A stretch of 62,297 nucleotides of DNA, the filler included, from Bipalium vagum (Eukaryota), in the NCBI GenBank assembly GCA_037834085.1. It is 3 parts of 3 records of this genome, joined end to end, with 100 filler letters (N's around TTAATTAATTAA, not from the genome) between each part and the next. Parts side by side here need not be neighbours in the genome. Positions count along the whole stretch, not along the records: positions 1 to 23,267 come from JBBMKC010211593.1; positions 23,368 to 45,232 come from JBBMKC010230631.1; 1 more part is not named here. One strand, written 5' to 3'. The notes under the pieces are model-generated. The model ran no database searches, was not told the DNA's origin, and saw only the letters and a program-made list of their open reading frames with translations. A program made the translations under genes and the position numbers. Shown one piece after another: positions 12,501 through 24,389 of the stretch (its first letter is position 1; every line of letters begins with the position of its first letter).

Positions 12501-15500
12501 GGTGGCAAAAAATCTTTAAATATTTCCCAGTCAGATGATGAATCCAGAAAGGTTACATATCACAATGTCAGCAAGGAAGAAGATGAAAACCAGGAACCAA
12601 TTGTAGAGGCTCATAAATGGAAGCCAGAGAGCAAAATTCCACAATTAGCTGAATATGTGAAGTAACATTAAAACTATTCTCTGTATTTATTTTACTATTA
12701 TGATATCTATTATAATTTTTATTTAATTTAATTGATCATTTGAATTTATGTATTTCAACTTTTTATTGATTTTATAATCAACAAATATAAATTTATTTTT
12801 AATGTAAATATTCAATAAATCAATCCATGGAAATAAATAAATAATTAATATTGAATGTAAGTTATAAAAGAAAATATAAAATCCGTTTATATTAATCATG
12901 ATATGCGAGTTGTTCTTGGTGTGACTAAGGGTCTTACTGGTCGCAATGTAACTAATATCAACTTCTTTACCTCTTTACAACTCTTGAAAGAGCTTGAAAA
13001 GAAAACAATTTCTTTAGTTGGCACCATTCAAATTGAAATTACCCATTGTAAAATGCGAGAGAAATACTCATCAATGTTTACTGAAAGTGAAAATCTAGTT
13101 TCTTATTGTCCAAAGTAACGAAAAATGGTGATCTTCCTAAACATTATGCACCATGAAAAAGAGATTTCAAGATAGGCAAATAAAAAGCCTGAAATTATGA
13201 TGCATTAAAATGCAACTAAAGGTTGGGTTGACACTTAAGATTTCCTATTGGGCTATTATTCGTGTAAGCGAAAGACTGCACGCTGGTCTTTATCTTTACT
13301 TTATAACCTAATTGATATTGCATCTTTAAATACTCATAGAATGGTAGAGGATCAATAATGTTTAGAACAAAAAGAAGCTTTACAAGCGTCGTCTATTTTT
13401 GGAATGACTAGAGAAAAGCATGATAATACCACTTATTGAAAATCTATAATATATATTTAGAAACCCCATCAGCTGAGGTTAATGTCAAACAAGTCCAAAT
13501 AAATGAAGTGCACTTAAACACTAGTAAATTCTTTTTAAAACGTTTTCGTTATGTTTGCTCTCGAGACATGGATCGGAAAGTATCAAATTATTATTTGACT
13601 CCCCAGGCACCTTGTTGTACAGTCCACTCAACAATTGTGGATAATAACTAAAAATAATTTTTTTATAATTAATTTATTATTATACTTTTTATTTAGATAC
13701 AAGTTATTATTTTGAATTACTAGAGTTGTGTATAGTTAGAGTTATATAGGGGTCCAAATTAACCCAAACACAACTTGCGTGCGTAAATATGAACACAGCA
13801 CAAGGGTTAAGGATTTCAATAAAATTGAATTTTTTATTATTGGTTTTTATTTAATTTACACATTTTATATATTCTGTTACAATTTTCATTAATCATTTTA
13901 TTAGTAAATATATGACATACTTAATGAATAAAATATTTAGACAACTATTCTGTAAAAAAATTAACAGTAATACTTTTGTAACATCCGACTTTCGTGGATT
14001 AAGCTATTAATAGATTTTGTTTATTTTTCAATTTATTAGAGTGGTGAAAGATACGAATTGATAACGCCATTCTAAGTTTTTTAGTATCTAGAACATCTGA
14101 TTATAAAAATTTTTAGCAAAATCATTTTTTTACTGTGCAAAATTAAAAATTGCACGGATATTTTTTCAGACAAAAATTTTAATTGTCATTAACAGTTTTT
14201 TTGGACTGTTATGCACCTAATTTTTATTTCATTGAATACTAATATAATCAAAATGTTCAATAAGGATTAAATAAAAAATATAATTTATAATTCTGTCTAA
14301 AAATCCTTTACAGTAGGTGTTTCTGTTTTAAAGGTTTCATTTAAAAGTTAAAATAATTAAAAAATTATAAAGTAAATTTGTAATATTACTTAATAAAATA
14401 TATTTAAAATTAAAATGTTTAAATTACTAAAAAATATCTTAAGTATTTTATATTAAAATAGTATCTCACAATATACTTAGATTGCTACTAAATTAGGTTA
14501 TTTAATCATTATTACGTTCTAAATCCCAACAAAAAGTCTTTGATTTCATTTATTATCCGAATTATAGTTAAGGGTTTAGGTATGAACGGAAAAAATTTTG
14601 GATTTAAATAAATATTTCGTTAATTAGCAAATAACAAGTCTATATTATTGAAAAAAAACGAAATTTAACTGCCAGGTTAAATTCTATTAAAAACTCTAAA
14701 CTCTATTTAAATTCCTTTGACAAAAATTATAATTTTAAAGAAATATTGATGATTGTAACTATCGTTTTATATAGTTATTTAAGGTAAATGTCACATCAAT
14801 TTTTCAGGTAAATTGTTTATTTATGAATTTTTTCAATTACCACTGAAGTTTATTGATTTTATGTAATTTTGAAGTGAGTCTTAGAATAATTATTGTTTTT
14901 CTTATTTCCTCCAATAATTCATTTGAAATCTTTTATCATTAAATTAACTTCCACAGATACATGGCTAAATTCATGCCTGCAGACTTATTTGTATTAACGA
15001 GTGAAATGATGCGATTAGATATAAACTATGTGACATGCAGTCCAGATATTTTGTGCATAAACGCTTTTCTTGGGCGAATCTTTTGGGATTTTTTGCGAGG
15101 ATCTCATTGGGCTAAGATTCTTCAAAATAAAATTCAATGTAAATTAAAGAAAATACACGTTAGTGATCATTTTACACTTTATCACTTATGGATTTATTTT
15201 TATTTTATTTATAAGATCATTAGAAATATATGTTATATTTTAATAAATATTTAAATATAAAAACCGGTCTTCAAAAAAAGGATTTTTTGAAATATTGATC
15301 TAAAGTTGATCGAATTATGTTAATCAATAAAACTAATCATATATTTATTTCGTAAAGAAATATTATTATTATTATTCCGGTATTAACAAACGGTAAGATT
15401 AAGATTTCAAAAATAATTTTGCTATTTAGAAATTTTATTAAGTTAGTGACTATAAAGAAATATCTTCAAAAAATCAATAAATTGTCTACAAATTTATTTT

Positions 15501-18500
15501 AAGACATGCAATTATTTTTTCTATTATTCCCTAACTATAAATATTTAACACAAAAAGTCATCACTATTTTTAAATGAAATAGGAAACGAAAAAATAATCA
15601 CTTCTTAAAGATGAAAGTTTGTTAGATCATATTGAGAAAAAAGTTAAGGTAAACTGTAAACGGATGTAAACCTTTATTTTAATTTTTTTTTATTTTATTA
15701 ATTTATTTTCGTTAATTTAATGTTTAATTTATTTGTCATTGTTAACGTCTTTTTCAATAAATAAATTTAAAATACTCATTTTAATTAAAAAATTCATTTA
15801 AATATCAACTTAGTCAATTATAAATAATAAAAAAATTTTAAAAATTTAATCCTAAAATTGTGTTTTAGAAAAAGTATCGAGAATTACAAATAATTTTTAA
15901 TTGAAAAACAATGTCCTTATTTCTAAACTATATCTATATATGATCTCTATCTTTTTATTATGAAATAATTTTTTGTTTATTGTTAATAAAATTTATTTAT
16001 TTCAAATGCTTATTATAAATCAAATTTGTAATTTAAGAATAACTATTTAATTGATTCAAAGACATTTAAATATTTTAGAAACAAAAAAATTTCATTGATT
16101 TTTTTATCTCAATGAATAAAAAATTATGGTTTTCAAAAAATTATCTTTAAATTGGGCTAAAAATGAAACAAATAAAATTTACAATAGATTATACTGAAAA
16201 TATCGCAAATATGATTTAATAAAATTTCATTATGTCACGTTATTACAATCGTTTTTATAAATACATTTTTATTATTGTTATTATTTTTCACTGTCTTATC
16301 TCTGCTTGAAATTTGATTTGAAGCTTCTCAATAAATGTTTCAGTTACCTCAATTCATTGATGAGTTAACAGTTGTTGATATTCACTTGGGTAAAGAGATA
16401 CCGCTTATAAGAAAATTCGGTCGACCATATCTAGATTCTCGTGGATTGTGGTGTGACGCAGAAGTAGCTTACACCGGTGGATTTTCTATGATTTTAGAAA
16501 CAAAGGTATAAAATTTCCTTTTTACTTATTAATTTAAAAATATGTAATTTTTAAATTTATATTTTTAATTTAATTTAATTAAAAATTAATTTTAAATTAA
16601 ATATTTTACATAAATTATGCTAAATTTAATAATTTCAATATTTTAAACAACAAATATTATGTGGTGACACCAAAAACTCCAAACCATAAAATCCAGCTCA
16701 ACACCAATACCAAAAACAAAAAAACTAAAGAAAATTCAATAAGATCAAATCGTTGATCTTACAGAAGACTGGCAAAAATATTTTAGGGATTTGATTTTTA
16801 GTGACGTAAAGCATTTTTTATAATTATTGGCTTACGTTTTAGTTGTACTAATTTATAATGATTAAAAAATACTTTTATATGTGTAATGCGTTTTAGTTGT
16901 ATACTAAAGTGTAGCTCTAAAGTTTAATAATAATCTCATCAAACTTCTAATAAATAATAATATAGAAATAAAATTAATAATAATCTTCTATTTAAAATTA
17001 ATTTTAAAAAGTAATAAATAATGAATATAATTTAACAGCAATATATTTTATATATAGTAGTGGCTAATAAATTAAGGCCACATACAAAAAAATTTTTGTA
17101 TGTGTATAATTGACAACTAAGCCCAAAATATTATACATATAAATATTTATTATGCTTAAATGATATTGATAATATATCGAATTAATGAAAAGTTAGTGAA
17201 TTTATATTTATTCGTTTTGCTTTATAGATTATTGGTTATAAACAAGATATAAGTGATTTCAAAAAAGGTCAGATTGTAGCTCTGAAATCTGAAGGATATT
17301 CTCAGCGTGCTATTGCTAAAAAGCTACACATATCTCGTTGCATTGTACAAAATGCATTGAAAGCATGTTTGATGAAAAACACCAAAAGAAAGAATTATCA
17401 ACGTCCTCGCAAAGCAAGTGCCCGTGATGATCGTTTTTTGCAATCCGTAGTTACGGCATGTCCTATGACGTCGTCTGCAAGAATTAGTCAGCTGGCAAAG
17501 GAAAGATGCATTGGCATAAGTGCACGATCTGTACGTCGACGACTGGTGAACGATTTTTGTATATTAGCAAGACGTCCAGCAGAAAAACCACTATTGAGAA
17601 AAGTTTAAATAGCTGGAAGAATAAAATTCTGCAAAGAGTTGAAGGACAAACGAGCTGAATGGTGGCATCAAGTTATGTTCACAGATGTAAGTACGTTCCA
17701 ACAAATAAGGAGTACAGATTGCAATCATGTCAGACGACCATCAGGCCAGCAGTTCAACCCCAAATTTACTGAGAAAACTGTTAAGCATCCTCCCTCTTTG
17801 ATAGTATTGGGAGGAATAACTGTAAAAGAAACGTTTGGTCTACATATATTCCAAAAAGACGAGACAATAATCTCTCAAAAATACATAAGCGTCCTTGATA
17901 ATAAAGTCAAAAATCTTATTAACAGTACGGGAGCTACATTTCTTCAACAAGATTTAGCTCCTTGTCACACCATCCAATTCACCGGACTCGAATGTTATTG
18001 AAAACTGCTGGTGTATTATGAAGCAAAATGTTGCTGCCCATCAACCAACTTCTGAACAGCAACTAATACAAATCTTGAAACAAGTGTGGAGAATGGAAAT
18101 AACACCAAATTATTGTAAAAACTTGGTTGAAAGTATGCTTAGGCGTATACAAGAAGTACTTGGCAATAAGGGTTATCCTTCTAAATACTGACATTTATCA
18201 AAAATAAGATTACGTAAGCGTTTAGTTGAAAATAAATCCCCTTGTATTACTTGCTCTGAATTTTATATATATCTTTATACTTTATCTTTATATATATATA
18301 CTTCAATAATTATCCGTACGATTATATATAAATGTTTGAAACAAATTTTTTAAAGAAAATTAACAGGTATTTGAAAGTCTTCGGTGTTTATAATACTATC
18401 ATTATTAATGAGTTTATTTATAAACGTTGATGAAGATTTTTAATAATGGAAATTTATAAATTTGAATTTTTTTTCTGATTATTAAAATACAATAATTATC

Positions 18501-21500
18501 CGTACGTCCTTAACCTTTTACGAAAATAGTATTATATTTATGTTAAATCTTAAAAAATATTGTTTAAACGTTTTATTTGTGTAAATAAAAGTAGGAGAAT
18601 ATAATTTATATATTTTTAAAAGGTTTTCATATGATTTCTACATCTATTTCCGAATTGATTATTTGAATGGGTCCAAAGACAAAGGAATGGTTCAATTTCT
18701 TCTTCCTTTTGGAAGATACATCATCAAAATCCAATAATTGCTTCATACTAAATTCGTTCATGATGTCTTAATCACCTCTATCCTTCCAAATAGAAACGCA
18801 TAGATCATTTGTTTCCAAAATCGGCACATTCGTAAATAAACTACACACGTAAAATGATACTATATGGTCTTTTTCAGAATTTTTCTCATAATTATTTATA
18901 AAACTACAAAATTCAAAACTATCTCTTACCTGGTATTTGATTTCTAATAATGGTTTTATTAATTCATCATTAAATTTTGTTATTTTATGTTGTGCACAAT
19001 TTGTCATCGATAAAACTGGTCTTATCGGCTGATTATCTTTATATATATATATATATACAAGAAATGAAACATATTGAGAATAAAGAAAATAATATGTTAA
19101 AGTTGAAAAAATCAATCAACATTTAGATTTCTTATTAGGATGTCGAAGCAAGAAATAAATTCCAAAATTCATTAGCAGAATGAAATTATCAGATTGTTTG
19201 ACATCCGAGAATATGAGAAAGATATATAAAAGATCAACGTTTAATAGAAAGATTAATCAGTCAAGAAGCACAACCGGCTAAGTTATATGGCTTACTAAAG
19301 ATCCATAAAGAAAACCAACCACTAAGACCAGTACTCTCAATGATAAAGACCATTGATGAATAGTAAATATGAAGTAAAAGATACATTTAAATTTTACAGT
19401 TTCATTAATACTTATGAGAAAAATTAAATAATGAATTATCATTATTATTATCATTTTCACCAATGTCCTTATTTTAGATCTGTACATTGATTTTTGGAAT
19501 GATAGAGGAAATAAAGAAATCATGGGTGACATTGCTATACGACAGTTATTATAATTTTGTGTAAGCGATGCATCTCTTATATTCAACAAAGAATGGTACA
19601 ACCAAATAGATGGAATAGCCATGGGATCGCCATTGAGACCAACATTATCATCAATATTCAAGGACTACTTAGAAATAAAAATCGACAATTATCAAGGAAG
19701 TAAACCATTGGCTAATAAAAGATACGTTGATGATATGTTTTTAATATTCGAAAGTGAAGAATTTCGAGTAATTATGAATAATTTTGATAATAACAATGAT
19801 CTGAAAATATGCGAATCGTTAGTAATAAAAGGACAATCAGAGATTAACATTCAAACAGGAGAAAGTAAAGACCAATGGGTTGTCAATGTATTCTCTGATT
19901 AATTAAAAATATTATTTTAAAAAAAATTTCTGCTTAAATTTTAAAATAAGAAAATAATAAGTTCGACCATTCAGAATTTTACAAAATATTTAAATTAAAA
20001 ATTAGACTCTTATTTAGTTAATTAAAAAGTGTAGTTTTAAAAATGAATGATTGATGATGAACTGATAATAGTTCGAAACATGTATCATGATAATAAATTT
20101 TTAGAAAAAAAATGTTTTCGATTATTGAAATGCTTTTATTTAATAACCTTTATTAAAATAACCTAAATAAATACTCAAGGAGTCTTGTTTTACTCGCTTG
20201 AGGATTTTATAAATTCTCTCTTTTTACTAGTTCAGAGTCTCAATATTGTTAGCGTGAGACTCGTAACTTTTCTAAGAACTTAATTATACTATCATTATTC
20301 GTTAAAATCTTTGCCGTTAATTAAAATTAATACTAATAGAAGTATTTCAATTAAATGATTCAATAAAAGTTGTTAATTGCACTTAAAAATACACGTTTTT
20401 TAAACCGCAAACTTATTCGTTTATTCATTCAAAGTTAATACTTGGGGTCATTGTGTTGAGTTGGAGATAGTTATCTGAAATACTTACTCTTACACTAACC
20501 CAAAAAATTGATTTATGAATTCAAATTTCAAAAATATCATTATGTGAGATTTTTTTATTTTATTCTTTTTCCATTAGAAAACTATTTTGAAATATTTCCG
20601 CAGAAAATCGATTAGTTTTACTTTTTTAAAATAATCATCAGAATGTGTTCTCTACAAAAAACTAACATTTTATTTGTTTCTATTTCATAAATAAGAAAAT
20701 AATTCCCATCTTTGTTATCGGCCGATTTTATCAAAATAAAACTCTGGACTAATTAATTTACTTAGACAGGACCAGGGCCTGGAGTTGTTATGTCAGACAG
20801 TAAATAATTTAGTACTTACTACAGAACTAATTTCAAACGAAACTTTACTATAATTATAAACTGAGTGCTCCCCTGTACAGTTTGTTTAATAGTTACAAAA
20901 ATTTGTATAATTTGAATTAAATGTTAAGAATTATAAAATGTATTTTAGGAGATTTTTATAGTCCTTAGTTATCATTTTTATAGATGAAAGTGTCAGAAAA
21001 TTTCGTTCAACTTAATCTTAAATTTCTTTATTTAGAATAATTTATGAAATTTCGTTAATTCGTCTTTGTAAAGAATTCTTATTATTGATTTAATAATTTC
21101 TGTTAACTTTATCATGAAAAAGTACAAAAAATATTCATGGTGATCCAAAAGAAGTTCAATTTTTAATTCATTGAGAATAAAATTAAAAATATTTTTCACA
21201 TTAATTTTGGAACATTTTATTATGAGACTAGATGGATTCTTTTCTAAAATGAAAAAATATATATATATTAGAAAGAGCTAAACATTTTTATGAAATTGGT
21301 TTCGAATTTGAAACAAAATACATTGTTAGCAGCTATTTCAATAAAGTCAATCATAGTTTCAAAAGTTTTATTATTCAAATAAAAATAATTAAACAAATTT
21401 CCTTAAATTAATTAATTTAAATAAAGTATCTCTTTTATTATTTTTTAAAAAAGATATTTTAAAATTAACTAATACATTAAATTAATGAATATTCATATCG

Positions 21501-22981
21501 AATTTTAAAAAAGACACTTTATAAAAATTTTAAAATTCAAAAATATGTTCAAATACTCACATACATAATTCTATAAGATTTTGATAATTCTATTTTAATT
21601 TACTTTTGGTTCGTTTATATCATGCGGTGTAGTTATCTTTGTTATTTTTATCATGTTTCAATCAATGTTAATATGAGTTAAATAAATCTTCAGTTGAATT
21701 TGAAATCATTTAGTAATGACATTTCAGATCAATCTGTTCAATCTACGAAATCAAATCAAGAAAAATGGATTTGAAGAAACAGTTGGAAAAGCAGGTATTA
21801 TACTTAAATTTGATGTATAAATTGATTTCATATGGTTTCTTTTGCAAAAATTAAGAATTTCTTGAAAAAATCATTTCTTTTATTAACTACACATTTCTAA
21901 TATTTTCTGACTCAAATATTCTCTAGCATGTTCTGCACACTCTTCTTGCTTAAATTAAAGTTGGTTAAAAGCTCTCTCTTTCTTCTTTGACGATTATCTT
22001 CAATTTTTTCTAATTTTTGTTCCCCAATTTCTGTAGGTCGTCCATTTTTTTCTTCGTCAAACACGGAAAGTGTCAAGCTACAGAAAACTCTCTGATCCAA
22101 TTGTATACAGTCGCCTTGCATGTTGCTTTCCATATGGTTCGTCCAGTTGAGAAATAAATAATAATAATAACCATATGACGCATCGGAATATCACTTTGAT
22201 ACTATTTTTTTCAAATATGTTGTATCTAATGTTGACAAAAGCATACCACTTAACAAATCTATAAAAAAAACTTATCTATATTAATAAATTTATTTTTAAA
22301 ATTTCATGAAGTTCTTAATTATATATCTATAAGAGTATAAGGATTTTTTATCCACACCACGTAAATCAAGTGTAACCAATCTTTTCTAACTGAAAATAAA
22401 GACCAAATCCTAGAAAGTGTGACATTATTTGTTATCTGATATGAATTAAGTGATGATCTATTAATAATTTGGGCACTTTATAATTCAGTTTCTACACTAC
22501 ATAAAATCAACCTCAAATTTACATATTTACAAATTTGCTTAACATAAATGACATTCAAGTTCATTTTATTTTACGAAGTTAAATTATTGAAAAGTATTGA
22601 CATTTACTTCTCGTATTGTTGATTAGTGCTAAAATACATGAAATTTATTTAATGATATGTGATTTAGCTGATGTTATTACATTGTCTGTGTGAATTTAAA
22701 TGAGTACACAATTACTGATATGCTGTCATATTCTTAATACATATTTTACTCTTAGCAAATCAGTAAAATCAATTGAACTTTAGGTGGTTCTATATTTTTT
22801 TTACAGTAATTACAAATATTTTAAAAATATTTGGATTTTTTTTTAATTTTATAATGTATTTTTGTATATTTCTTTTTTCTTTTTCTGTTCATTTTGCGAT
22901 TTAGTTTACAAGTCATGGTGAATTTTTCGAATCCGTGTTTGAAAATCTCTAGAATAAACGCACCCACCTATTCAAACAGTG
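6578..22981 (+). CDS. TEX2: Testis-expressed protein 2-like (TM, PH-like and SMP-LTD domains), multi-exon, 3' end missing
   Basis: Phase-consistent GT-AG exons: 6578-7341, 7501-7560 (optional), 9116-9389, 10202-10462, 10538-10702, 12423-12661, 14957-15158, 16344-16505, 21728-21794, 22913-22981 (tentative). Motifs GWMN, LLPRGLVKKRLWSKKYPI, LYLFGRTCREKEEWFRRL, NAFLGRIFWDFL, KIQCKLKKI|LPQFIDELTV, GLW..V.Y.GGF.M.LETK are TEX2 hallmarks. The gene is cut by the linker at 23268. Confidence 0.92.
9600..9990 (+). mobile_element. hAT (Charlie/Buster-type) transposase remnant
   Basis: CIIHQEALCGK is the hAT CxxH motif typical of Charlie/Spin transposases; intronic and degraded. Confidence 0.6.
11780..11862. 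repeat. Imperfect (ATA/ATT)n trinucleotide repeat
   Basis: Visible repeat; it produces the spurious poly-Ile ORF 11786-11983. Confidence 0.9.
12890..13810 (+). mobile_element. piggyBac 3' half with terminal AGGG-TTAA
   Basis: GRNVT.NFFTS..L, LVGTI and KPEI...NATKGWVD motifs plus a Cys-rich tail remnant; ends CACAAGGG|TTAA at 13806-13810. Multiple stops. Confidence 0.88.
17055..18190 (+). mobile_element. Tc1-family transposon, near full-length decayed transposase
   Basis: SDFKKGQIVALKSEGYSQRAIA, RPRK, SARSVRRRL, VMFTD.S, TVKHP and LQQDLAPCH; a left TIR-like TAGTAGTGGCTAATAAATTAAGGCCAC follows a TA run. Confidence 0.9.
18300..19045 (-). mobile_element. Penelope-like element RT fragment (minus strand)
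   Basis: PIRPVLS...VRDSFEF...VSFYVCSLFTNVPI are PLE RT motifs; a 16-nt direct repeat AATAATTATCCGTACG occurs at ~18305 and ~18491. Confidence 0.8.
19110..20150 (+). mobile_element. Penelope-like element (RT, GIY-YIG tail and pseudo-LTR remnant), internally deleted
   Basis: AKLYGLLKIHKENQPLRPVLS, YNQIDGIAMGSPL.P.LS.IF, RYVDD and LKICESLVI...INIQ, followed by a hammerhead-like motif. Confidence 0.85.
20047..20088 (+). ncRNA. Minimal type-I hammerhead ribozyme (core C3 changed to U)
   Basis: AUGA-UUGAUGA-U-GAACU gauaau AGUUC-GAAA-CAUG-UA-UCAU: stem I AUGA/UCAU, 5-bp stem II and palindromic ACAUGU stem III, downstream of the PLE ORF. Confidence 0.75.
21900..22140 (-). mobile_element. mariner transposase N-terminal fragment
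   Basis: DEEKNGRPTEI...IEDN...REL...FNLSKKSVQNML fits the mariner HTH pattern. Confidence 0.6.
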
Positions 22982-23124
22982 GTATGATCGCCATGATATT
23001 TTTCATTAATCAAAGTGATGAGAATTACTTAGTATTTGATCAATGTATTTTTAAGTTTAAGATTAAGTTTCAAAATTTAATAGTAATTAAATAGTACTAA
23101 TATATAATAATAATCATATTATTA

Positions 23125-23267
23125 TACAGTAACCGCTCGATATATAAGCAAGCTGATATAGGCATGTTCTATATAAGCAAAGCTAAATTAGCTATAAGCA
23201 ATAAATTAAAATTTATTTATTAATAATTCTAAGTCTATTTAATTAATATTATTTTGTTTAATTTTAG
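23125..23267 (+). mobile_element. pogo/Tigger-like terminus
   Basis: TA-CAGTAACCGCTCGATATATAAG with internal TATAAGCAA repeats; runs into the gap. Confidence 0.55.
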
Positions 23268-23367
23268 NNNNNNNNNNNNNNNNNNNNNNNNNNNNNNNNN
23301 NNNNNNNNNNNTTAATTAATTAANNNNNNNNNNNNNNNNNNNNNNNNNNNNNNNNNNNNNNNNNNNN
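23268..23367. other. Artificial assembly linker (44N-TTAATTAATTAA-44N)
   Basis: Exactly 100 nt with a six-frame stop palindrome; identical to 45233-45332. Confidence 0.95.
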
Positions 23368-23560
23368 TGGACGATGAGCAATAATGTTTGCCTCTCTCAG
23401 CCGTCGTCGCACAGTCCTCGCAGAAACATTTACACCAGAAGCCATAATTTCAGAGTGTATTTCTTTGATGGGTTTCCTTCGAAGTCGTAAAGCATTATTT
23501 ATTATTGCTCTGTCGCCTCTGATGCTTGTTTTCCGAGGTGGTCCTTGATATTGAGATATG
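23368..23560 (-). mobile_element. Tc1 transposase fragment
   Basis: GPPRKTSIRGDRAI...GVNVSARTVRRRLREA is a Tc3-type HTH. Confidence 0.8.
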
Positions 23561-24389
23561 CTCGGTGCATATCCTAAGGATAAAGTAAAATCATATGTCA
23601 ACAAGAAATCCACTGATATTGTCGCATGCCTAGGAGATTGACACCATAGTTCCAACCATTCGATGTTTGCTAAAACTAGACATTCAAAGGCAGAATTCGT
23701 TAGATGTGGTCTGAGTGGATATGTTTTGATGAAATAACCGGAAGTTGACAATATTTATGAAGATGATAAAATTCTTGAGAGCAAGAAGAAGATGGTGTTA
23801 TTGATTCCTACCCTGATAGTGGAGAATCTACTCAAGCTGATATATTAATGACCTATTAGCGAGAAATTATGAGGACAGTGATCTTGAAGAATTTTAATGT
23901 TTTTGGACCCCTGTACACGAATAAATTACTTTTTATAATTGGCACACGCATTATACTCGCGCCTTAGACTTCATTAATTTCACGAATAATTGTATTCTTC
24001 CTCGACATAGTATTCGAGTCTCCACAGAAGTAATTTAAAAATTTTCTTTTAATTTTTAAATAATTTTTTAATTTTAGATATATAATGATGAATTAAAAAA
24101 TTGTATTTATTATAATAAAAACATTAAAAGTATTATTTTATTATTTTGGTTGAGACTTTATCATACACTTCGAAATGTTTTGATGCTGGTAGTAATACAT
24201 TATTATTTGATTTGCGAAAGACGGGGAACATGGCTAATATTATTTTTAATTTAATTATCTTACAGGCAAAAAGTACGTGGTATACAACTTATTCGTGTTT
24301 ATGTTGATAATACTAAATCTTAAATAAATAACTTTTATTTATATTTCAAAAATATTTTAATTAATTTTAATAACCAAATGATATGACAG

